Below, in pieces: positions 10,720 to 19,324 of a stretch of 64,000 nucleotides of DNA. The position numbers and the translations under genes were made by a program. The DNA is from Nitrospirota bacterium (GTDB lineage: Bacteria > Nitrospirota > UBA9217): assembly GCA_963663225.1 (NCBI GenBank), contig OY760142.1:96001-160000 (forward strand), read 5' to 3'. Under the pieces are notes generated by a model. That model saw only the letters and a list, made by a program, of their open reading frames with translations. It had not been told where the DNA came from and did no database searches. Position 1 is the stretch's first letter. Each line of letters begins with the position of its first letter.

Positions 10720-10932
10720 TTATTGGAGTCCTTCCCCGCCCCAGCCACGGGAGTTCTCTGCAACCGACGCGAGTTTGATCGCACTCACAGACGAAGCGGG
10801 CAAGGTTATCCATTGCATTACCCCTTTCAGATGCACTTCCGTATCGGACACCTCAATCAATACACCTGAATACTGCACTCCGTTGGCTATTACCACTACC
10901 TCTTTTCCCAGCATATGTTGTATTTCAGCCAT
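10720..10932 (-). CDS. Small protein with probable Sm/LSm-like fold
   Basis: AAGGAG SD 5 nt before ATG; LGKEVVV...NG..YSGVLIEV...VHLK...ITLP.SSVSAI follows the Sm1/Sm2 strand pattern. Confidence 0.55.
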   Translation of the reverse strand: MAEIQHMLGKEVVVIANGVQYSGVLIEVSDTEVHLKGVMQWITLPASSVSAIKLASVAENSRGWGGEGLQ

Positions 10933-11000
10933 AAGCACTCCTTGAGAAGCGGCATGAAAGCCGTATTTTAAATTATGCCGAGATTATAATCAATCAGGGA

Positions 11001-12317
11001 TCATATTTCCAGCCTGCCCCAGGTTTCTTTTCGATATCTCCACAGCAGAATGGACATGCGCACGATCCAGTCAAGGATCATTACCGACCAGACAATATGA
11101 ATTTCCGCACTAAAAACTGTCGCGAGCAGCGCGGCTATAGGAATTCTCACAAACCACATTCCGGCCAGCGTAGCCAGCATGATAAACCCCGTATCTCCTG
11201 CGCCTCTCAGTGAGCCACCCAGCACCAGAGTTATGGCAAGCGGAATCTGCGCGAATGCAACAATTTTCATGTACAGGATCCCGTATCTGATCACTTCAGG
11301 ATCACTGGTAAATGTATGAAGCAGGGCAAAGGGAAAGAAAAAGAACACCAGACCCATGGCCGCCATCAGGATGACCGCGAGCCGGTTCGCTTCATAGGCT
11401 GAAATGCGAGCATGTTCCGGTTTTCCCGCGCCCAGATTCTGCCCCACCATGGTTGCCGCTGCTACGGCTATACCGTAACCGGGCATAAAAGAAAAAGCTT
11501 CAATGGCCAGTCCCACCTGATGAGCCGCATATACGGCAGTTCCATACAGCAAAACCACTTTTGCGAACACCAATGCTCCGATATTTTGCAGCAACCGATC
11601 GATAAAAATAGGATATCCCAGCCGGCATGTCATCACGGTATATTTCAGCTCGAGATTTTTATCGATAATAATAAATCGTTTATGCAATGATCGGAAAAAC
11701 AGGAACACCGCCCCCATGCCTTCGGAAACGGCAATGGCAACGGCGGCTCCCTGCACCCCCATCTTCGGGAAACCGAGATACCCGTAAATCAGCGGATAGG
11801 CCACGAGAACATGCAGAATATTCACGATGATCGTTGCATAGAGCGGGGTTTTCGTATCTCCGGTCCCCTGCATGATTCCGGCGAGCACATTTATCGCGAT
11901 ACTGAAGAAAATAAATGAAAAGATAATAACGGTATACTTGGAAAGAATATTCTGGAGCTCAGAATCGGCGCCAAGCAAAACAGCGATCCGTCCGCCAAAC
12001 GGAATCCCAAGAAGCATGATGATTATCGCAGCAGCCACTGCAAGCAGCATTGCCTGATACGCCGCTTTTGCAGCATCTACCTTTCTGCCTGCACCCCACA
12101 ACTGTGCCACCAGAACCGTGACGCCTATGTTGATTCCCCAGGAGATGCTCATGGCCACGAACACCATGACCTGCGCAAGCCCGACGGCGGCTATTGATGC
12201 CGCACCCAGGCCGCCGACAAGGAAAATGTCAACAATGCCGACCGAACGCTGGAGCAGGCTGGAGAGCACTACCGGCAGAGCGAGAGAAAAAACTTGTTTT
12301 CGGATATACTGTTGCAT
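11001..12317 (-). CDS. MATE family efflux transporter
   Basis: About 12 TM helices; VDIFLVGGLG, QGTGDTKTP, MGVQGAAVA, VGQNLGA, LRGAGDT; start moved to MQQY. Confidence 0.93.
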   Translation of the reverse strand: MQQYIRKQVFSLALPVVLSSLLQRSVGIVDIFLVGGLGAASIAAVGLAQVMVFVAMSISWGINIGVTVLVAQLWGAGRKVDAAKAAYQAMLLAVAAAIIIMLLGIPFGGRIAVLLGADSELQNILSKYTVIIFSFIFFSIAINVLAGIMQGTGDTKTPLYATIIVNILHVLVAYPLIYGYLGFPKMGVQGAAVAIAVSEGMGAVFLFFRSLHKRFIIIDKNLELKYTVMTCRLGYPIFIDRLLQNIGALVFAKVVLLYGTAVYAAHQVGLAIEAFSFMPGYGIAVAAATMVGQNLGAGKPEHARISAYEANRLAVILMAAMGLVFFFFPFALLHTFTSDPEVIRYGILYMKIVAFAQIPLAITLVLGGSLRGAGDTGFIMLATLAGMWFVRIPIAALLATVFSAEIHIVWSVMILDWIVRMSILLWRYRKETWGRLEI

Positions 12318-12504
12318 GAGAGATAAAACAAACCACGGTTTGAAATAGTGACGCGCGATTCGCCTGAGAAATGTGCAGATGCAAAACACGGTGACCGGCT
12401 TGCTGCATGCAGAAACGATCACGGTTATCCGCAAAATGAATGAGCAGAACTCTTGACTGCCGGAGAAACAAAACTTCTTCGTACTGCAATCCGTGGGTAT
12501 TATC

Positions 12505-13503
12505 TCAGCAGATTCTGGGGAGTTGCTCTCCCTGCAGCATATCTATGACCCGGCTGCCGCCGATGGCTGTTTCGAGAAGAACCGTTCCGGCAGGAGCGGC
12601 TGCTACTTCCCCGATGATTTCCGCGTGCCGTCCGCCGTCGTGGCTCCGCATGGCGGCAAGCACCGATTCTGCTGCAGTATGTTCTACGACGGCAATGAGA
12701 ATTCCTTCATTGGCCACATACAGCGGGTCCAGACCAAGGAGTCCGCAGGCGCCCTTGACTCCCGGAGGGACAGGAAGTGACGGCTCGTGGATACGCATGC
12801 ACATCCCCGATTCGAGCGCTGCTTCCTTAAGCGTAGTGGCAAGTCCGCCCCGGGTAGGATCACGCATAAAATGTATTTGCCCGGAGGCATCGTACATCGA
12901 TTTGACAAGGCCATGCAACGGCCGCGTATCGCTCAGGATCGGGGGATCAAACGTCAGTCCATTGCGTTCGGCGATGACAGCAGTTCCATGGCTGCCGATG
13001 TCTCCGCTGATGATGATTTTATCGCCGCTTTTTATTTGAGAAGCCGATATGACGCGTCCGTCAGGCATATGCCCAATGCCGGACGTATTTATGAAAATTC
13101 CATCTGCCTTTCCTTTATTCACCACTTTCGTATCGCCGGCGACGATTTTAATCCCTGCTTTTCCGGCCGCCTCCGACATCGATACAATGATCTTTTCAAG
13201 GTCCGCAAAAGGCAGGCCTTCCTCGATAATGAATCCGGTAGTGAGAAACAGCGGTTCTGCGCCGGACACCGCCAGATCATTTATGGTGCCGTTTACTGCA
13301 AGGTCTCCGATATTGCCGCCCGGAAAGAACAGTGGAGTAACAACATAGGAATCCGTGGTATACGCGATTTTCGTAGACGGCAATGCTACAACCGCAGAGT
13401 CTCCGGCCCCTTCAATGCCGAAAGCCGGGCTGAAGTGCCTGCGGATCAAATCATGCATAAGTTTGCCGCCGCTGCCGTGTCCAAGAAGTATTCTGTCCAA
13501 CAC
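12505..13503 (-). CDS. hypE: Hydrogenase maturation carbamoyl dehydratase HypE
   Basis: HGSGG, TTDSYVV.PLFFPGGNIG.LAVNGT, MRDPTRGG, C-terminal PRIC. Confidence 0.98.
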   Translation of the reverse strand: MLDRILLGHGSGGKLMHDLIRRHFSPAFGIEGAGDSAVVALPSTKIAYTTDSYVVTPLFFPGGNIGDLAVNGTINDLAVSGAEPLFLTTGFIIEEGLPFADLEKIIVSMSEAAGKAGIKIVAGDTKVVNKGKADGIFINTSGIGHMPDGRVISASQIKSGDKIIISGDIGSHGTAVIAERNGLTFDPPILSDTRPLHGLVKSMYDASGQIHFMRDPTRGGLATTLKEAALESGMCMRIHEPSLPVPPGVKGACGLLGLDPLYVANEGILIAVVEHTAAESVLAAMRSHDGGRHAEIIGEVAAAPAGTVLLETAIGGSRVIDMLQGEQLPRIC

Positions 13504-13514
13504 TCGCTCCTCGA

Positions 13515-14573
13515 TCAGTGATGTCCGTATTTATAATATGCCGCGCAACTGCCTTCCGTGCTCACCATGCAGGGACCCACCGGGGTTTCGGGCGTGCAGC
13601 CCGTGCCGAAAAGGGGGCATTCGGTCGGCAGTTTCACCCCCCGGAGAATATCGCCGCAGGAGCACAGCTCCGGTTCCCGCGTATCCGTTACCGGAGGATT
13701 GAATTTTCTTTTCGCATCAAAAGAAGCGTACCGGTCCCTGACCTTAAGACCGCTCTTCGGGATGGGCCCGATGCCCCGCCAGTACGCGTCTGCAGGTTCA
13801 AAATACTGTTCGAGAAGTTCAACCGCCCGTGGATTGCCTTCTTCACGAACGACGGTACGATATTGAATTTCGATGGTTGCCCTTTTTAATGCGATCTGGC
13901 GCACAATCATCAGAACGCCTTCAATAATTTCTTTTGCTTCGAAACCGGTAATGACGGACGGCTTCTGATAGTGCGAGGCAACGAATTCATAGGGTTTCTT
14001 ACCGATAATAGCACTCACGTGTCCCGGAAGGATAAAGCCGTCCACCAGCACATCGGGAAAATCAAGCAGGGTTTTCAAGGCAGGAGGGACGAGTTTGAAC
14101 GCGGCATATACTGAAAAATTGCCGATCCCTGTCTGCTCGGCATGCGCAAGCGTGCCTGCAATGAGCGGAGATGTGGTCTCGAAACCGGTCCCGAAAAAAA
14201 CAACTTCCTTCTTGGGATTGTCCTGGGCGAGTTTAAGCGCATCCAGCGGGGAGTACAGCACCCGGATGTCCGCTCCTTCCGACCGTGCTTCCAGCATTGT
14301 TTCCTCGCCGCCCGGCACGCGCATCATGTCTCCGAAGGTCGTAAGAATAACCGAGGAGTTTTTCGCAATTGCGATGGCGGCGTCAATGTCATGAATCGAG
14401 GTGACGCATACCGGACAACCCGGGCCGCTCAGCAGGGTGATGTTTTTGGGAATGACGTCCCGTATGCCGTGGCGGAATATCTCCACCGTATGGGTCCCGC
14501 AAACTTCCATGAGTTTAAGCGGCCTGCTAATATGCTTCATCAGGCTATGCAGCTCTTCAAGCATCTGTTTCAT
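13515..14573 (-). CDS. hypD: Hydrogenase maturation protein HypD
   Basis: MEVCGTHT, GPGCPVC, GFETT, PGHVS, CMVSTEGSC. Confidence 0.98.
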   Translation of the reverse strand: MKQMLEELHSLMKHISRPLKLMEVCGTHTVEIFRHGIRDVIPKNITLLSGPGCPVCVTSIHDIDAAIAIAKNSSVILTTFGDMMRVPGGEETMLEARSEGADIRVLYSPLDALKLAQDNPKKEVVFFGTGFETTSPLIAGTLAHAEQTGIGNFSVYAAFKLVPPALKTLLDFPDVLVDGFILPGHVSAIIGKKPYEFVASHYQKPSVITGFEAKEIIEGVLMIVRQIALKRATIEIQYRTVVREEGNPRAVELLEQYFEPADAYWRGIGPIPKSGLKVRDRYASFDAKRKFNPPVTDTREPELCSCGDILRGVKLPTECPLFGTGCTPETPVGPCMVSTEGSCAAYYKYGHH

Positions 14574-17002
14574 AAGTTGTTGTTCCGTTTGATCCGCTCC
14601 CGGATCAGGTAAGCCTGTCCCAGAGAAATGCAGGCGTCGTTGGTCGGCACCTGCTGGTTGATAAAAACGTTTATATCGCCGGGCGCAAGCAGCCGGACTG
14701 TCCTTTCCAACAGATAACGGTTTTGAAACGTCCCGCCTGTCAAGGCCACGGTGTCCAGGCCGCTGGCCCGGGCCACTTTCTTTACCATCCGCCGAATGAC
14801 AGAGGCCACGGTATTGTGAAACTTCGTAGCAATGGATTCTTTCTTCTGGCCATCGGCTAGATCTTTGATAATCGACAGGATTGCGGGACTGAAATCTATG
14901 ACACTATAGCTTTTTTCGTCTTTGAACGCAACCTCATACTCTTCTTCAATTCCTTTTCGGGTAAAGGATTCCAGCGCAATTGCTGCTTCGCCTTCAAAGG
15001 TGTTCTTATCACAGACACCTGTAAGAGCGGCAACCGCTTCAAACAGTCTGCCGGCCCCGGAAGAAAGAGGAGAAAGCTCCTGCGACTGCGCAATACGCAT
15101 GATGTTTTGAACCGTTGTATCTCCGTATTTCCGGAAGAATCCGATCCGGTGGAGGCAATCTGCGGCGTCATGCTGCGCCGCCTGTATGACAAGACTCACC
15201 GCCGTCCTCCACGGTTCCCGTATGGCAGACTCTCCTCCCGGAAGAGGCATATAGCGAAACTGCCCAACCCGCTCAAAGCCTTCAATATCCGCAATTAAAA
15301 ATTCTCCTCCCCAGAGATTGCCGTCAGTACCGTAACCGGTGCCGTCTAGGGCCACGCCCATGATCTTGTTTTTGAGCCCGTGCTCGGCCATAACCGAACC
15401 CACATGCGCATAGTGATGTTGAATGCCGAACGTTTTTAAACCTGTCCGCTCGGCCTCGTTTATTGCCCATCGTGTAGTTCCGTACCCCGGATGCAGATCA
15501 TGGACGAAAACCAAGGGTTCTGCGCGGTATACCGCTTTTAAATTTTTCAGTGTCTCTTCATAGAACCGAAAGGTCTCATAGTTTTCCATGTCGCCGATAT
15601 GCTGGCTTGGAATCGCAAAAACGCCCTTCGTAAGAGTAAATGTGGTTTTGAGGTCTGCACCGCACCCGAGCACTTCCGGTCCGTCTTCGTGCAAAAAAAT
15701 CGGATCAGGCGCGTAGCCGCGCGACCGGCGAATAAATGAGATTATGGATCGGGAATTGCTGACCGTGTCCCCTTTTCTCTCTCCGAAGCCGGACGGACGT
15801 GAGTCTGATGAGGAAACGGATCCCGGAAATGCACAATCCGTAATCCTCAGGACAGAATCGTCCACGCGCATGAAGATGTCGCGGTTGTGAAACAAGAAAC
15901 CGTCAACAAACCCCGAAAGTTTTTGCAGCGCCTCATCATTGTCGCGCACGATAGGTTCTTCTGAAAGATTGCCGCTGGTCATTACCAGGGCATGAAAATG
16001 CGGTTTTTCGACAGGTTCTCCTGAATGCACCGGATGCCGGAACAGGAGGTCATGCAGCGGCGCATACGGAAGCATAACCCCGATAAATTGATTGTTCGGT
16101 GCCACAGCGTCCGAAAGAGAAAGACCGTTTTTTTTCTGCAAAAGGACGATGGGACGCCTGATGGAAAGCAGCAAGCCTTTTTCGGCATCTGAAATTCCGC
16201 AGAACCGCTGCGCTGACTCAACGGAAGGTGCCATGACGGCAAAAGGTTTGTTGTTTTTTCGTTTTCTTTCTCTTAGGCGTCTGACGGCGTTGTCGTTTGT
16301 TGCGTCGCAGGCAATATGAAATCCTCCGATGCCCTTGATCGCTATGGTCCCCCCTTCCCGCAGCAACTTGATTGCCGCAGGAATGGCATTCCCGCCCTGT
16401 ATCCCCTGCTTTGAATCCTGCATTCGAAACTCCACCCGCGGACCGCAGACAGGGCATGCATTGGGTTGGGCGTGAAACCGCCGGTCACGAGGTTCTTGAT
16501 ATTCCCGCATGCAGTCAGGACACATGGGAAATACCGACATGGTGGTGTTTGGCCTGTCATACGGAACTGACGTGGTAATGGAGTATCGCGGGCCGCAGTT
16601 CGTACAGTTGATAAAGGGATACAGATGACGGCGGTCCTGTGGGTCCAGCATCTCGTGCAGGCAGTCTTCGCAAACGGACACATCGGGGGAAACGAGCGTA
16701 AAGGGCAGGGAATCTTTCTGGTCGAGGCTTTGGCGTATGGAAAAATCCGAATACCCCTGCAGGGGAAGCGGTAGTGCGGAAAAGCCGGTGATATGGGAAA
16801 GCGGGGGCGCTTCTTCCCGAAGTTTTTGGACAAACACGGAGAGTTGTTCACCCTCCGCATCAATAAATACACCCTCGCTTGTGTTTGTTACGTATCCCTT
16901 GATATTAAGCGATGCGGCAAGGTTATAGACGAACGGCCGGAAGCCCACACCCTGCACGATGCCTTTGATTACGATTTGAGCCCGGCCAGCCATTGGGCCC
17001 AT
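14570..17002 (-). CDS. hypF: Carbamoyltransferase HypF
   Basis: GIVQGVGFRPF, Zn fingers (NCTNCGPR, HAQPNACPVCGP), KGIGGFH, DLHP, QHHYAH, DGTGYG; carries an insertion before RRSRGYAP. Confidence 0.98.
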   Translation of the reverse strand: MGPMAGRAQIVIKGIVQGVGFRPFVYNLAASLNIKGYVTNTSEGVFIDAEGEQLSVFVQKLREEAPPLSHITGFSALPLPLQGYSDFSIRQSLDQKDSLPFTLVSPDVSVCEDCLHEMLDPQDRRHLYPFINCTNCGPRYSITTSVPYDRPNTTMSVFPMCPDCMREYQEPRDRRFHAQPNACPVCGPRVEFRMQDSKQGIQGGNAIPAAIKLLREGGTIAIKGIGGFHIACDATNDNAVRRLRERKRKNNKPFAVMAPSVESAQRFCGISDAEKGLLLSIRRPIVLLQKKNGLSLSDAVAPNNQFIGVMLPYAPLHDLLFRHPVHSGEPVEKPHFHALVMTSGNLSEEPIVRDNDEALQKLSGFVDGFLFHNRDIFMRVDDSVLRITDCAFPGSVSSSDSRPSGFGERKGDTVSNSRSIISFIRRSRGYAPDPIFLHEDGPEVLGCGADLKTTFTLTKGVFAIPSQHIGDMENYETFRFYEETLKNLKAVYRAEPLVFVHDLHPGYGTTRWAINEAERTGLKTFGIQHHYAHVGSVMAEHGLKNKIMGVALDGTGYGTDGNLWGGEFLIADIEGFERVGQFRYMPLPGGESAIREPWRTAVSLVIQAAQHDAADCLHRIGFFRKYGDTTVQNIMRIAQSQELSPLSSGAGRLFEAVAALTGVCDKNTFEGEAAIALESFTRKGIEEEYEVAFKDEKSYSVIDFSPAILSIIKDLADGQKKESIATKFHNTVASVIRRMVKKVARASGLDTVALTGGTFQNRYLLERTVRLLAPGDINVFINQQVPTNDACISLGQAYLIRERIKRNNNL
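15737..15848. repeat. Inverted 7-nt-periodic repeats bounding an in-frame insertion in hypF
   Basis: tgagatt-atggatc-gggaatt (15737-15757) faces aatgcac-aatccgt-aatcctc (15828-15848). Confidence 0.45.
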
Positions 17003-17613
17003 GTGTCGATCCCCATCCCTGTGGCGCAGGATACTTCGAATACTTTGAGTGCAGGATTCAGCGCGAGTGAGTCATTCCGCATTTTATTGATATCTGTTTT
17101 CATATACGGCAGCAGGTCGACTTTGTTCAGCACCAGCGCCTTTGATTCGCGAAACATGAGTGGGTATTTCAGAGGTTTGTCATGTCCCTCCGCCACGGAA
17201 AGCACCATGATTTTCATGTCTTCCCCTACGTTGAACTCGGCGGGGCAGACCAAGTTTCCCACATTTTCGATGATCAGCATGTCCAGGGATTTGAGCGGAA
17301 GCTCTGAAAGGACTTCGCTGATCATGTTTGCATCAAGATGACAGGCCCCTCCCGTGTTAATCTGCACGACCGGGATATCGAGGGCGCCGATGCGTTCCGC
17401 ATCATCCGTCCCCACAATGTCGCCTTCAATAACACCGATTCTCAGATGGGGCTTGAGGGCTTGAATGGTTTTTTCCAGAAGGGTCGTTTTTCCCGCGCCG
17501 GGGGCTCCCATAAGGTTCACGACATAGAGTCCCGCTTCCTGGAATTTTTTACGGTTTTCCTCGGCAATCCGGTCATTTGCCTCAAGTATCCGGGCAACAA
17601 CTTTTACTTTCAT
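16969..17613 (-). CDS. hypB: Nickel-insertion GTPase HypB
   Basis: GAPGAGKTT, IEGD, GGACHLDA, ENVGNLVCPA, EGHDKPLKYP, NKVD. Confidence 0.98.
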   Translation of the reverse strand: MKVKVVARILEANDRIAEENRKKFQEAGLYVVNLMGAPGAGKTTLLEKTIQALKPHLRIGVIEGDIVGTDDAERIGALDIPVVQINTGGACHLDANMISEVLSELPLKSLDMLIIENVGNLVCPAEFNVGEDMKIMVLSVAEGHDKPLKYPLMFRESKALVLNKVDLLPYMKTDINKMRNDSLALNPALKVFEVSCATGMGIDTWAQWLAGLKS

Positions 17614-18152
17614 CAGCTTATCTCCATGGAGACGATCTCCATCTCTCGGCCTTTATTGATTTCAAATGTCGTGGATCCGCAGTGAGGACAGGCCAAAACG
17701 TAGGGAGCGTCGTGTGATTCGAATTCCTTCTTGCAGGACTGGCAGATTCCTCCGACAGGAACAATTTCAAAAATCAGCTTCGCGTTGCTCGCGATGGTGT
17801 TCTCTTTCAATGCGTTGAAAGCAAACTCGAGCGACTCTGGCAGCACTCCGCTCGCCTTTCCGAGCCTGACGGTGACACTGTCCACCGACTTGCAGCCGCG
17901 TTCCCTGCATTGATCCTGGGCAATGTCCACAATATTGATGGCTAATGACGATTCGTGCATAAATTCACCTGCATGTACGGATTCAGCCGATATTTTTTGG
18001 ATTGCAAATCCAGCGTGCACAAGAACGAAATCGCCGATCTTCGGAGTTTCGGCAAGAAGCTTGAGGCTCACTTCCTTCCTTGCGCCGAAAACGTCAATCA
18101 TGGCAATTTCGTTATTGACTGAAATAACTCGTGAGGGTACTGCAAGACACAT
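17613..18152 (-). CDS. HypC-HypA fusion ORF (HypC part 18152-17961, HypA part 17960-17613)
   Basis: MCLAVP...GDFVLVHAGFAI (HypC) runs without a stop into MHESSLA...G.ASGV.PESLEFAF...CQSC...CPHCGS...GREMEI (HypA). Confidence 0.92.
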   Translation of the reverse strand: MCLAVPSRVISVNNEIAMIDVFGARKEVSLKLLAETPKIGDFVLVHAGFAIQKISAESVHAGEFMHESSLAINIVDIAQDQCRERGCKSVDSVTVRLGKASGVLPESLEFAFNALKENTIASNAKLIFEIVPVGGICQSCKKEFESHDAPYVLACPHCGSTTFEINKGREMEIVSMEIS

Positions 18153-18335
18153 AGACTGTATCACGTTCCTTTCTTTTTACTACTACGATGAAGGCCCAAA
18201 AACAGGCCAGCTTTTCTTTATCCCATATTTCGCCTGCCATGTCAAGGCTAAACTCCTTGATAATCAGCTAAATGCGCGGGGACGGCTGCAAAAAGCGGGT
18301 GTGAACCGGGCAGGGAGAAAGAGAGTTTCGAGTAT

Positions 18336-19181
18336 TTATTCTGGTGATCGCACCAGCGTTTTAGACTTGGCAAACACCCAGGCAACGCCGAATCCCGCCA
18401 TAAAGGACTGTTTGGTCCTCATCAGCGGGCTGTTGTCAAATACAGCTCCGGACAATTCATCATAGCTTGCAAACGCGCCGAACCAGACATGGTCAAACCG
18501 TTTGGTCACTGCCATGACAAGCTGTGAACCGCTGTATCCCCCCTTTGCCCGATATGCCGGGCGAAAACCGGGAACAGCCTGATAATCCTGTACCCCGTAA
18601 TAGTATTCATGATATTCCTGTGTCGCAAAAATCGGACCGAATGCAAACCCGTAAATCCATCCCCGGGCCGGAAAATTCTTGAAATCAACGTTTATCTGCG
18701 GCTGAGTGACAATGCCGATGCCTTTGACGTGGGACAAGTCCGTTGCAGCCGCTACAACCGCGCGGACAGGAAGTCGAAAATGCACCACGGTATCTGCAGA
18801 ACAATCACTCACCAGACAAATTTCAAGCTTGGGGCCGATCTGAAATGTGGGGTCAAGATCAGGCATCCCGCTTCGTGCTGTATTATGGTCGCTTTTTACC
18901 GGCACTCCGCCGTCGGCGCTGATATTCAGATGCACACGATCAGACCGGAAAAGCAGGCCGTAGATTCCCTTGCGGTCGACCCGCAGAACATCTCCTCGAT
19001 AAATCAGGTACGGCAACGGCAGTGCATAAAAGCGCTGCTGATTGGAGCCGCGATAATCAGGAATGGTCAGACCGGTTACGCCGATGCCGGCTTCCCATAG
19101 AGGCCGCTCTTCCGCTTTTAGCATGGCTGTAAACAAACATCCGAGCAAGAAGAACGTCAGTAAAATTATCCGTAGTCTCAT
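18336..19181 (-). CDS. MipA/OmpV family outer membrane protein
   Basis: Signal peptide, PDYRGS...LPY.IYRG, RSGMPDLD, YHEYYYGV, SPL. Confidence 0.85.
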   Translation of the reverse strand: MRLRIILLTFFLLGCLFTAMLKAEERPLWEAGIGVTGLTIPDYRGSNQQRFYALPLPYLIYRGDVLRVDRKGIYGLLFRSDRVHLNISADGGVPVKSDHNTARSGMPDLDPTFQIGPKLEICLVSDCSADTVVHFRLPVRAVVAAATDLSHVKGIGIVTQPQINVDFKNFPARGWIYGFAFGPIFATQEYHEYYYGVQDYQAVPGFRPAYRAKGGYSGSQLVMAVTKRFDHVWFGAFASYDELSGAVFDNSPLMRTKQSFMAGFGVAWVFAKSKTLVRSPE

Positions 19182-19324
19182 GGCCTCTGGTCAATTCTGT
19201 TTCGTGTAAAAACGCGTTTATGGCACAGTTTGAATCGATCAGGGCCACTGTTATTATGACGATACCTTACCTTATGAGCCCCCGTTTTCGGTTGTAGATG
19301 CTCCCTACCGGAAACGTCTTACTG

